64,000 bases of DNA from a virus. The notes beneath the pieces were generated by a model. The model searched no databases, was not told the origin of the DNA, and saw only the letters and a program-made list of their open reading frames with translations. The position numbers were made by a program, and so were the translations under genes. The stretch spans positions 19,035 through 83,034 of the IMG/VR virus record IMGVR_UViG_3300025154_000068; one strand, 5' to 3'. Shown one piece after another: positions 28,033 to 36,803 of the stretch (position 1 is its first letter; every line of letters begins with the position of its first letter).

Positions 28033-28986
28033 TCACGGGCTGACGTAGGCGTTCGCGTACCAGGCCGTGCCGACCTTGAGACAGAACACGCACAGCCGCT
28101 TGGACGCCGTAAGCGCCGTGGTCAGGTTGGTCGGTCCCGTCGCGTCGCGCACGGTCACGGCCTGATCGTTGAGGGTCCCATCGCCGATGATCCAGCAGTA
28201 GGTCCCCGACAATGCATCCGCGGGAAGCGTGATGGTCGACCCAGCGTCGAGCGCGGGAATCGTGTAGATGCCACCGCTCACGATTGCCGGCGGAATGACA
28301 TCGTTTGCAGCGTGTGCGGGAAGGGCCGCTACGGGACCTCCCATCGCGGCGCCCCACTCGGGCAACGTCGCGCCCGCGTTCATTCGCAGGAGCTGGTACG
28401 CGGTGCCCTTGGCGAGGTCGTCGATCGTGTCGTCGGCGCTCGCGATGAGTACGCCGCCAGCATCCACGGTCGCGAGGCCCGTGCCGCCGTTGACGACGGG
28501 AACGGCGCCAGTCAGCGCCACGGTTGCGTCGATGTCGCCACCGTTCGCCGCGTCAGAGTGGTCGTGGTCGGCGTTGGAGAAGTCTTCGATCGTGGGCGCG
28601 GACGAGATCTGACTGACCGCTGCGAACGTGAGACTCGTCGTTCCGATCACGATCGAGCCGGTGGTCGTCAGCTGGTACTCCAGGTTCGCACTGACGCTGC
28701 CCTTGCGAACGGAGACACGCAGTCCGCCGCCGTTGCTCATGACGTTGTCGGGCTTCTCGACGCGGGTGAGAGGTGCCTCGGACGAAGCCACCTTCCCAAC
28801 CCTGTACACGCCGTTCTCGGCGCCCGTGGTCTGGTTCTTGAGCAGGACAAGGTCACCCTCGACGAGGGTGATGCCGTCCATGGTCGTAGAGCACGCGGTC
28901 AGGTCCGCGACGTTGGCCGTGCTGGCCGCCGCGACGGCGAGGACCAGCAGCGCCCCGGGCATGGGGAGTCCATACGGAGAGAACAT
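28033..28986 (-). CDS. Head fibre/decoration-like protein
   Basis: ASTANV, DGITLVEGDLVLLKNQTTGAENGVY, VPVVNGGTG. Confidence 0.7.
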   Translation of the reverse strand: MFSPYGLPMPGALLVLAVAAASTANVADLTACSTTMDGITLVEGDLVLLKNQTTGAENGVYRVGKVASSEAPLTRVEKPDNVMSNGGGLRVSVRKGSVSANLEYQLTTTGSIVIGTTSLTFAAVSQISSAPTIEDFSNADHDHSDAANGGDIDATVALTGAVPVVNGGTGLATVDAGGVLIASADDTIDDLAKGTAYQLLRMNAGATLPEWGAAMGGPVAALPAHAANDVIPPAIVSGGIYTIPALDAGSTITLPADALSGTYCWIIGDGTLNDQAVTVRDATGPTNLTTALTASKRLCVFCLKVGTAWYANAYVSP

Positions 28987-29045
28987 GTTTCTGTGCCTTT
29001 CAGCCGCGAGGCGGCCGTGAATTGTCGATGTGCTTCAGCGTACGG

Positions 29046-29408
29046 TCAGACGGCTTCGCCGCTGACGGAGTAAGTGGCAGTCGTGGTGCCGCCAGCGAGT
29101 GCCCAGTTGGCCCGGGCGTACCGGTCGCAGCCGGGGAACGACTTGCGCTCGGTGCCGGCTTCGGTCTGGGCTGTGAAGGCGGCAAGCGTTCGCCAGGTCG
29201 TCCCGTCTTTCGACGTCTGGACCGTGACGGTGAGCGCGGTATTGGCTCCCACCGCGGTGGAGGTGAGGTCGAGCAGCAGGGTGCCCTTCGTGCCCACCTC
29301 GACGGTGTCTCCGTTGCCACTGGCCCCGCTCACGGACTTGGCGGACGCCAGGGCGATTTCGTCGTAGTGCTCCATGCGGTGGAGCCGTTCGTTCTTGTAC
29401 GAGCCCAT
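29046..29408 (-). CDS. Capsid decoration/cement-like protein
   Basis: LTVTVQTSKDGTTW..., RYARANW; after capsid gene. Confidence 0.55.
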   Translation of the reverse strand: MGSYKNERLHRMEHYDEIALASAKSVSGASGNGDTVEVGTKGTLLLDLTSTAVGANTALTVTVQTSKDGTTWRTLAAFTAQTEAGTERKSFPGCDRYARANWALAGGTTTATYSVSGEAV

Positions 29409-29410
29409 GA

Positions 29411-29698
29411 TCAGGTCTCCAGTGCCGCAAGGGCGGTGAGAACGGCGCGTGCCGCCCGGCGCGACAATCCGCGCCCGGCGAGCTCGGCCTCGGTGACGTC
29501 CTGCAGGTCCTCGACCGCGCCGTAGCCGGCCGTGATGAGGTCCGCACGACGGGGGAAGTCGTCGGGGATGGGAGTGCCGGAGATGTCGTCGCGCACCTTA
29601 CGGTACACGCCGCCGAGCTCCGACTCCTCCTCATCCGCGGCCAGCGCCTGCATCGTCAGCACCCGCCGGTGATGCAGGATCATCGATTCGTTGCCCAT
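29411..29698 (-). CDS. Small protein with HhH-like C-terminus
   Basis: LITAGYGAVEDL..EAELAGRGLSRRAA. Confidence 0.5.
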   Translation of the reverse strand: MGNESMILHHRRVLTMQALAADEEESELGGVYRKVRDDISGTPIPDDFPRRADLITAGYGAVEDLQDVTEAELAGRGLSRRAARAVLTALAALET

Positions 29699-29710
29699 GT
29701 GACGACGGAC

Positions 29711-30574
29711 TCAGTTGTGGGTGAGCAGAGCGATGCCGGGCTTGGTCTTCCCGGGCATACGCTTGTAGCGATGCACAACCGCGTAGGTCGAGACCACCAC
29801 GATGTCAGAAGTGCCGAGGATGTCGCGCCCCACCTCGACAACGGGTTTGCCGTTGTACCAGAGCGCGATGGCGTTCTTCTTGGCGATGATCGTGGTGTAC
29901 TTCGGAGGGGTCGCGCTCGATGCGGAGACGCGGTCGCTCTTGCCCCACGGGATGCCGGCGAACTTCGACAGACCGCCGTTGGCGGCGTCGGTGACGAGCG
30001 GGCGCCCCGTCGCGTCCTTGAGCTTGAGCACGTCGGACTCGACCTTGGAGTGCGAAACCATGAGCGCAATATCGTCGCTCTCGTCGCCCCACTTGGCGCG
30101 AGCATCGACAACCGCGTCGTAGTCGAGCGTGCGAGGAGTCGTCGCGCTGTAGATGTCCGTCAGCATCGCGGGCAGCGACGCCACGCCGCCAGTGATGGCG
30201 AGCCGATCGACGGCCGCGCCGAAGCCACCCAGCAGCTGCTTGGCCGCCTCGACGTAGGGGTCGCCAGCGCCGGCGAAGCGGGCCCAGTCCGTGGACGAGA
30301 ACGCCTTGCCGATCTTGACGACGGTCCCCTTCTCGTCTTCCTGCGTGATCTTCTGCGGGGTGAAGGCGGCTCCGTCGGAGATGGTCTCCCACTCGCCGAT
30401 GCTCCCGAAGTACGGCACGGTCACTTCCGTGCCGACTTCGTTGATTCCCCCTGGGAACGTGTTGTTGACGGCCACCGCCCCGGTTCCCCAGAGCGCATTA
30501 AGCCCGCCGGCGAACGTGGCCTCAACGGCTTCCACGAGCACCTCGGGCACGACGAGATCAATAAGCTTCGTCAT
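29711..30574 (-). CDS. Major capsid protein (HK97 fold)
   Basis: 287 aa after protease/scaffold; MTKLIDLVVPEV, VTVPYF, VEVGRDIL. Confidence 0.88.
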   Translation of the reverse strand: MTKLIDLVVPEVLVEAVEATFAGGLNALWGTGAVAVNNTFPGGINEVGTEVTVPYFGSIGEWETISDGAAFTPQKITQEDEKGTVVKIGKAFSSTDWARFAGAGDPYVEAAKQLLGGFGAAVDRLAITGGVASLPAMLTDIYSATTPRTLDYDAVVDARAKWGDESDDIALMVSHSKVESDVLKLKDATGRPLVTDAANGGLSKFAGIPWGKSDRVSASSATPPKYTTIIAKKNAIALWYNGKPVVEVGRDILGTSDIVVVSTYAVVHRYKRMPGKTKPGIALLTHN

Positions 30575-30591
30575 CTGTCTTCAATCCCTTC

Positions 30592-32040
30592 TCAGGCCGT
30601 GTGCGCCTGGTGTTCGGCCTTGAGAGCCTCGTAGGTCTTCCGATCGGTCCGGTAGAGATCGGCCTTCTGCTTGTAGGTGAGCTCCGCCCACTTCTTGCCC
30701 GCGATCGTGGCGGCGACGCTCTGACCGGTGGCGCTCTCGTCGGTGTTGTTGGTCTTGGAGGCGAGAGCCTGTTGGACGGGCATGGTCTCGATGTGACCCT
30801 TCAGCCACTCAGGATCGCCCAGCCCCTTGTCGCGAAGGGAATTCTCCATCGCCGGGGTGATCTTCTTGTCGGCGATTCCCTTGGCGATGAGACCGGCGAC
30901 CTTCGACTCGTTCACGGCCGCCTCGAGCTTGACGATGTCCTTCTGGGCTTCCTCGAGCTTCTTGGCGGACTCGCTCCAGCCTTCGAGCTTGCCAATGGCC
31001 TCGCTGTCGGTCTTGGCTCCGGTCGCATCGAGCACACGCTTGCGCGTCTGCAGTGCGAGGGAGACCTCGGACACTGCCTCGTCGAGCGAGGCGGTATGGG
31101 TCATCGTCTCGAGCGTCTTGAGCACGCTCAACCGGGAGTTGAGCGCGTCGGACACGTCCTTGTCGGTGGCAGTGGCCATGAGGCCGAGTGCCAAGATGAG
31201 AGCGGTGCGTTCCATGGTGGAACCGGCTTTCTCCGTCGCTTGGACGGTGTTGTCTTCCGTGGCACTCCGCACACGGATCGAATGCGTTCGTTCGTCGCGT
31301 GGAGCTGGCCGGCGCGACATGGTGATTGGCTCGTAGGTGCGGTGGACTTCCTCCACCTCGTCAGCGAGCGTGGCTTCGAGTCCGGTGAGCGAGTAGCCCC
31401 GCCGGTACATCTTGCCGTTGAGCTCGTACACGAATACGTCGTCGTAGACCGCCTCGATGTACGGCCACTCGTCCGCCACCTTGATCGAGAGCGCCTTGCG
31501 GATCGCTCGGCTGATGTCCTCAAAGGACAGACTGGCCTGCAGCTTCACCGAGCGCCGGTCGGCCACCAGCGGTTCGATGCCCAGCATTGCCGGGTCATTC
31601 GTCAGCGCGATGTTCCGGAGCTCGACGACGCGGCCCGTCTCGACCTCGGCCATGCACCATGGGGAGAAGTAGCCCCACTCCTTGTCTTCGATTGCCTTGT
31701 AAGCAGCAGGTGTCCACTCGATGTTGACGGCCCAGAGTTCGGGCCCGTCGTCGGTTTCGCGAACCTCGAGGTCGAACCATCCCGCCGCCTTCTGGTGCTG
31801 CGGATCCGGGTCCTCGACATCCAACGCGTGCGGCCGAGCGTGGGCGTAGTCGAAGTGCAGCCGAATCCCTCGCGCGGTGAATTCCGACATCACCGCTTCG
31901 GCCGCCTCGGCGTCGAACACAATGGGGCCGGTATACGATGGATTCACGCCGGCCTTGAAGATGCGAATCTCCGAGGGCGGCTTGCCTGCCAGCTTCTTCG
32001 CCAGCAAGTAGCGTCGCTTTAGCATTGCAACTCCGGGCAT
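30592..32040 (-). CDS. Mu gpI-like prohead protease/scaffold (start may be ATG 32025)
   Basis: FDYAH, AAGWF, EWTPAA, YFSP, ALTNDPA then coiled-coil scaffold. Confidence 0.88.
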   Translation of the reverse strand: MPGVAMLKRRYLLAKKLAGKPPSEIRIFKAGVNPSYTGPIVFDAEAAEAVMSEFTARGIRLHFDYAHARPHALDVEDPDPQHQKAAGWFDLEVRETDDGPELWAVNIEWTPAAYKAIEDKEWGYFSPWCMAEVETGRVVELRNIALTNDPAMLGIEPLVADRRSVKLQASLSFEDISRAIRKALSIKVADEWPYIEAVYDDVFVYELNGKMYRRGYSLTGLEATLADEVEEVHRTYEPITMSRRPAPRDERTHSIRVRSATEDNTVQATEKAGSTMERTALILALGLMATATDKDVSDALNSRLSVLKTLETMTHTASLDEAVSEVSLALQTRKRVLDATGAKTDSEAIGKLEGWSESAKKLEEAQKDIVKLEAAVNESKVAGLIAKGIADKKITPAMENSLRDKGLGDPEWLKGHIETMPVQQALASKTNNTDESATGQSVAATIAGKKWAELTYKQKADLYRTDRKTYEALKAEHQAHTA

Positions 32041-32041
32041 G

Positions 32042-32068
32042 AAAAAGCCCGCCGGGTCGGGGCGGGCT
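32042..32068 (-). terminator. Rho-independent terminator-like hairpin
   Basis: AGCCCGCC-7nt-GGCGGGCT followed by TTTT on minus strand. Confidence 0.7.
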
Positions 32069-32091
32069 CTCAGCGTCAGTTCGTCAGGTGG

Positions 32092-32439
32092 TCAGTAGAT
32101 GGCGTCGGGGTCGGGCTCTTCTTCAGCCCAGGCCGCGTCTCTCGCGATGATCGCTACGGCATCCGCAGGGATGTCGGCGTCGGTCGGAGCGTATGTCGAG
32201 GTTTCGAGCTGGACTCCGACTCGCCGGGCATGCTGGTCGAGGAAGCGGTGCATGAGCCATGCGCTCAGCAGGTCGAGTGGGACATCGCCACCGGGCGCCA
32301 TTCCGACGTCGACCGGAGAGCCGAGCTCCACGCCCGCCCTGACCCGCTCAGCGAGAGGAGTCCGGCCGGTCACGAGGACGGAACCCTTGTCCGTCCAGCG
32401 CACCGTCGTGCCGTCCTCGAACTCCCACTTGTGGATCAC
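32092..32439 (-). CDS. Hypothetical protein, candidate immunity partner of MuF C-terminal domain
   Basis: GTGA overlap with MuF stop; followed by terminator. Confidence 0.55.
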   Translation of the reverse strand: MIHKWEFEDGTTVRWTDKGSVLVTGRTPLAERVRAGVELGSPVDVGMAPGGDVPLDLLSAWLMHRFLDQHARRVGVQLETSTYAPTDADIPADAVAIIARDAAWAEEEPDPDAIY

Positions 32440-34940
32440 GCGTAGCCTCCAAGACAACCGAGCACCCACCAGAAGTGCTCGCTGTCTTCACGGTAAGTCC
32501 AGAACGGGTCGGTCGCCACTTTTTCTGCTCCCATCGAGAGCAGTTCGGTCGCGTCGGCCTGGTAGATCTTCCCGCAGTAGGCGGAGAAGAACTTGTCGGG
32601 CTTGGCAACTTCGCTCCACCCGTACGGGATCCCCGTGAGCGCGCTCAGCGGCTTGGCAACCTCGCCGGCGGTCCGCTTTCCGAGGAATGCAACTGCGGCC
32701 TTATGCACCGAAGCGTTGAGCGTCTCGATGGCGTGCCCCCATTCGTGAATCAGGGACCGCAGGTCGTTGGCGTTGACCCGAGGCGGGGACATCCGGATAT
32801 CGCAGTAGGCCCGTCCGTTGACGAACCGGATCTGGGCCCGGCCGTCGAGCTTCTTGCTCATCATCGCGTCGTAGAACGCCTTGGCTCGATCGAGTCCAGG
32901 CATCTTGCGGGGCCGATTCGTGACCTTGGCTGTGCCCTTTGCTGAGTCGATGTTCGCGATGTGCCCAAGGATCGATGCGACTGCGTTGCCATCGTCGCCC
33001 TTGAGAAGCTCGCGCACGGACTTGTCCGGGTGGGTCTTGGCCGCTTCGACTACCGCTCTGACGCGATCGACGAGAGCCCCGGTCATCGGGCCGTCGTACT
33101 TGTCGAGGGCGTGCTTCTTGGCGATTGCCCCGACTTGCTTCGCGGTCATGTCGAGGCCCCGTTCCTGGGCCGCTCTCCCCCACGCCATCGCACGCGCAGC
33201 GTCGCCGTACTTCGAGAATTCCTTCTCCCAGTGCTCGACGGTGTGCTCAGGCTTCGGCCCCGCGCCCGACTTGGGCTTCGGCCTGGCTTCCGCCTTCTCG
33301 GGCTTCGGTGTCCGCTGAACCGGGCGCTTGTCGAGTCGCTTGAGCCTCGCCTCCAGCTCCTTGCGAATTTCCGGCGGATACTTCTTCGTGTCCGGCTTCC
33401 ACTCTGCAGCATCCGGAGTCAGACCGAACCCATCTTGCGACGGTTCCGTCGAGGGAGTCTTGGTGATGCCCTTGCGCTCGGCCTGTGACTTGCGGATCGA
33501 GCGAACTACACTGCGGCACCCAAAATGCCGAGGGGGGTAGTTCGTCTGCCACCAAGGGTGTTCGGCCGGAAGGATCGTTCCGTCGGCCTGCTCGCACATC
33601 AGCGTCACGCGATTGTCGAGGATCGCGTCGAATTGCCAGAAGGGCCGGACCTTCAGGAGCGCTGGCTCCGTCATCTGCTGGTGCCGACCTGCGTTGTACG
33701 CGAGTTGCACGTTCGTCCGGTAGATGGTATTACCTGTGTACAGACCGTTGATGGTGAAGTAGCCGTGCGCGGTAGAGAGGTTGAACACATGTCCGCGAAA
33801 TGGAACGAAGCGACGCGAGGCAACGTGATCGAACTCTATATTTCTGGCCTCAGCATCAAGCGCGTTGCATTGGAGGTTGGCGCCTCCACTGGATGGGTAG
33901 CCTCCGTGATCTCCTCCGAGGGGCTCACACGATCGCTGCGCGATGCCAGAAGACTGCACTTCGCGCGAGGTGGCAGGCCCTCGCGAGAACGAACCGACCT
34001 GCCTAGAGAACAGATCGTTCAGCGATACGTCTCCGGCGAAAGCGCCAACAGTCTTTGCGGCGCGTTCGGTGTTCACCAGGATACCATCCGGCGCATCGTT
34101 GTGTCTACGGGACTCCACTGGCGCAGCGTCGCAGAAGCCGCAACGCTTCGTGACCACGATCAGATGGCCGCACGCGGCGCAGAATCTAGGAGTCGTAAGG
34201 TTGGCCGGTTCGAAGACGTGATCGCTGATTGGATCTCGCAGCGCGGCGAATTGCCCGAAGCTCAGGTTCCTTGCAGGACGCGCAACATCGACATCGCAAT
34301 TCCCCCCGTCGCCGTGGAAGTCGTCACTGCGTCCGTGAATCCGTTCAACGTTGCCTACCTGCGCAATCGCACCGAAGATCTGCGAGATGGTGGATGGTGG
34401 TGCTGTTACGTGATTATCTCCCAGCGTACCAAGGTGCTGTTGCCCACGGTAGCCGATCAGATCGTCGCCCTCGCGAAGTTGGCCCGCGGCAACCCATCCA
34501 CGGCGCGTGAGCATTGGGTGATTCGGGGTTGCGGAGAACTTGCGGCCCGACGCGGTGACGACCTCGACAAGGGCCCCCTCGAACCACCGTCGATGAGCTG
34601 CCCTTATCACCCCTCCGCTCACAAGGGTGTCCCCGGGTAGGCACTCCACCCGCCACGCCGGATTCACGACGCTCCCAGCCCAGGCATCGAGGAGCTGCTG
34701 ACCCACACGTTTCTTGAAGTCGTCCAGCGTCTCGCCGTTGGCAACGGCCCGGTCGAGAGCGAGCAGGACATCTCGAATCACGTCGGCTTGGGCCACGCCG
34801 GCCACGGTGAACGCCTTGCGCTGAGCCCGTTCGTCGAGCAGGTCCCAAACCTTCTTTCGGACCGGAGTTCGACCGAGCAGCCAAGACGCCGCGGGAGTGA
34901 ACTCCTCGACGTCGGTGGGTGCGGCCCAGGGTGCGTTCAC
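32436..34940 (-). CDS. MuF (SPP1 gp7-like) minor head protein with intein and C-terminal HExxH metallopeptidase-like domain
   Basis: AFTVAGV, TIYRTN..AYNAGR, HPWWQTNYPPRHFGCRS; LIHEWGHAIE...ELLSMG; GTG start overlaps portal stop. Confidence 0.88.
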   Translation of the reverse strand: MNAPWAAPTDVEEFTPAASWLLGRTPVRKKVWDLLDERAQRKAFTVAGVAQADVIRDVLLALDRAVANGETLDDFKKRVGQQLLDAWAGSVVNPAWRVECLPGDTLVSGGVIRAAHRRWFEGALVEVVTASGRKFSATPNHPMLTRRGWVAAGQLREGDDLIGYRGQQHLGTLGDNHVTAPPSTISQIFGAIAQVGNVERIHGRSDDFHGDGGNCDVDVARPARNLSFGQFAALRDPISDHVFEPANLTTPRFCAACGHLIVVTKRCGFCDAAPVESRRHNDAPDGILVNTERAAKTVGAFAGDVSLNDLFSRQVGSFSRGPATSREVQSSGIAQRSCEPLGGDHGGYPSSGGANLQCNALDAEARNIEFDHVASRRFVPFRGHVFNLSTAHGYFTINGLYTGNTIYRTNVQLAYNAGRHQQMTEPALLKVRPFWQFDAILDNRVTLMCEQADGTILPAEHPWWQTNYPPRHFGCRSVVRSIRKSQAERKGITKTPSTEPSQDGFGLTPDAAEWKPDTKKYPPEIRKELEARLKRLDKRPVQRTPKPEKAEARPKPKSGAGPKPEHTVEHWEKEFSKYGDAARAMAWGRAAQERGLDMTAKQVGAIAKKHALDKYDGPMTGALVDRVRAVVEAAKTHPDKSVRELLKGDDGNAVASILGHIANIDSAKGTAKVTNRPRKMPGLDRAKAFYDAMMSKKLDGRAQIRFVNGRAYCDIRMSPPRVNANDLRSLIHEWGHAIETLNASVHKAAVAFLGKRTAGEVAKPLSALTGIPYGWSEVAKPDKFFSAYCGKIYQADATELLSMGAEKVATDPFWTYREDSEHFWWVLGCLGGYA
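33729..34643 (-). mobile_element. Intein in MuF (305 aa; Cys1 ... Gly-Asn / Thr+1)
   Basis: CLPGDTLV block A, ATPNHPMLTRRGW block B, VFNLST..YFTINGLYTGN blocks F/G; removal restores WRVE-TIYRTN. Confidence 0.9.
33789..34640 (+). CDS. Antisense-nested HTH + PD-(D/E)xK/Vsr-like putative homing endonuclease (283 aa)
   Basis: GAGAGG RBS 8 nt before ATG; two HTH-like repeats; EDVIADW..NIDIAIPPVAVEV..LRDGGW; wholly inside intein. Confidence 0.75.
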   Translation: MSAKWNEATRGNVIELYISGLSIKRVALEVGASTGWVASVISSEGLTRSLRDARRLHFARGGRPSRERTDLPREQIVQRYVSGESANSLCGAFGVHQDTIRRIVVSTGLHWRSVAEAATLRDHDQMAARGAESRSRKVGRFEDVIADWISQRGELPEAQVPCRTRNIDIAIPPVAVEVVTASVNPFNVAYLRNRTEDLRDGGWWCCYVIISQRTKVLLPTVADQIVALAKLARGNPSTAREHWVIRGCGELAARRGDDLDKGPLEPPSMSCPYHPSAHKGVPG

Positions 34941-36799
34941 AGGTCCTCGACGACAGCGACGCGTCCCGCGAGCTCCGCCAAGATGGTCGCCTTGTGGGCG
35001 AGTTGCTCGAATGCGGCGTTGTCCTTGACCTGCCCATAGTGCTCGGCGAGCTGCGTCCGAAGACGCTCCGGCCAATCGTCCCCGTCCTCGAGGTCGTCGA
35101 TGAGCTCGAGCAGCTTCGCCACGTCGGGCTCGATGGCGCGGGCGGTCACCTGGGCAGCGTCGGTTGCGATGTCGTCAACGAACTGCTGGCCGTTGATGAC
35201 GCCGGACGCCTTGGCTGGGTCGTCGCCAGAGGCGAGGGTGATAGAGCGCGCCGACAGCTTCGCCTCAATGATGGGTCCGACGATGCGTGGCACTTCGGCT
35301 TGCAGCACCTGGTGGAGCCTTCGCTCAGTTTCCGCCATAGCGTCAGCGACAACCGCGTCCCAGACGGGACGCCGACGGCTCGCCTTGACGTCTTCCGCAT
35401 CGTCCTGTGGCTCTGCGTCGTCCCCTTCGTTCGACGCATCCTCGTCACCTCCGAACTGCGGCGGAACCGGCGCTGGCTCCGACTCCTCCCACTCTGCCCC
35501 TTCCTCAAGAGGCATCCCGAACGTCCGTGCGTACTCGTTCTTGTCCACCGGAGCGCCCAACCCGAGCCACTTCTTCAGCGCGTCAGCGGCCTTGTCCCAC
35601 GTGGTGGCGAGTGCTGCAGTGTCCGCCGGCGGTGTCGTGTCGCGCTTCGGCCAAGGGGCCTTGCGTCCATCGCCGAAGTTGAACGCCGCCCACCACCAGA
35701 TGAGCTGCGACCGAATCGTCGTGGCGCTGGTCTCGTCGTCGGCGCGGATGATGGCCGCCGCCACCGCCGAGTGCACCTGCGCAGCGGCGTAGCTCCCGCC
35801 CTGAACCTCGGTGGAGAGGTTCTGTCCGAGGATGCGAATCGCGATGGCCGCGTTGGCCATGTTGATCTGCGCCTGGAACGTCTCCCAGGTGTCGGCGACA
35901 GCTTCGACGAGCTTCAGATCGTAGCCTGGCGGCGTAACGATCGTTGTGTCCCGCCCGAGGTCGGAGATGTCGCTCGCGAGCTCGTCGCGGTGCTCCCTGG
36001 TCGACCCCTCGTCGGTCGGGAATCCGACGAGCGTGCCCTGCCCGTGGCGCTCCGAATAGCGCCCCCAGTCGTCCCGGCCGTACTCCTTCAGGAGCCACCA
36101 GCGCGATACTGACCGCCACGCTCCTCGCGCCCACGGACGCTTGCTGCCGTACGGCGTGTACAGCAGCCACGTTCCGTCACCGGGGGTGACCTCGAGCTCG
36201 GAGCCGTCCTTCTGCCGAGCGAACCACTTGCGCTTGTCCTGGTCGTACCGAAGCGACGATGGGTGGATGACGTCGAAGCCGGGAGTCCCGTCCTCCCGGT
36301 GGGGGATGAGTCGGATTCCGCTCGGCTGCTCGACGCGCTCCCACGACGCAATCCGACCGACGCCCACACCGAGGATGATGCCCCACTCCATCCACTCGGA
36401 GAGGACGTCCTCGGGGACCATGTCCCACCAGTCCTCCTCGAGCTCCTCGAGCGGGGCGTTGGTATCCTGCTTCGGCGGCTGGAACTCGAGAGGCAGCCCC
36501 AGCAAGCCCCGGACGCGCACCTCGCGCAGACACCCGCTCACTCGGTCGTCGGCGAGAATCTCATCGCACAGCAGAGCGGCAAGCCGGAGGTTGCCGGTGT
36601 CCGCCATCGCCTCCGCACGCTTGATGAGCGTGGGCGACCACTCGATTGACGACGAACGGACGGACGACTCGATGAACGGCGCAGGTTTCGGGATGCGCGG
36701 CACAACAGTCGCAGCGAGCGACACGGCACTGGCGATAGCGAGCACACGCCTCCCCACTTGCGTGAGAGTCGTCGATGCTCTGGTTCGCCAGTGGGTCAT
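34937..36799 (-). CDS. Portal protein (Mu gp29/DUF935-like)
   Basis: WGRYSERHG, ILGQNLSTE..GSYAAAQVH. Confidence 0.9.
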   Translation of the reverse strand: MTHWRTRASTTLTQVGRRVLAIASAVSLAATVVPRIPKPAPFIESSVRSSSIEWSPTLIKRAEAMADTGNLRLAALLCDEILADDRVSGCLREVRVRGLLGLPLEFQPPKQDTNAPLEELEEDWWDMVPEDVLSEWMEWGIILGVGVGRIASWERVEQPSGIRLIPHREDGTPGFDVIHPSSLRYDQDKRKWFARQKDGSELEVTPGDGTWLLYTPYGSKRPWARGAWRSVSRWWLLKEYGRDDWGRYSERHGQGTLVGFPTDEGSTREHRDELASDISDLGRDTTIVTPPGYDLKLVEAVADTWETFQAQINMANAAIAIRILGQNLSTEVQGGSYAAAQVHSAVAAAIIRADDETSATTIRSQLIWWWAAFNFGDGRKAPWPKRDTTPPADTAALATTWDKAADALKKWLGLGAPVDKNEYARTFGMPLEEGAEWEESEPAPVPPQFGGDEDASNEGDDAEPQDDAEDVKASRRRPVWDAVVADAMAETERRLHQVLQAEVPRIVGPIIEAKLSARSITLASGDDPAKASGVINGQQFVDDIATDAAQVTARAIEPDVAKLLELIDDLEDGDDWPERLRTQLAEHYGQVKDNAAFEQLAHKATILAELAGRVAVVEDL

Positions 36800-36803
36800 T
36801 CGG

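Noticed and set aside
24175-32022. Long + strand ORFs (24175-26115, 27280-29073, 29669-30634, 30601-32022)
   Set aside because: Shadows of sheath, head and protease genes; no motifs
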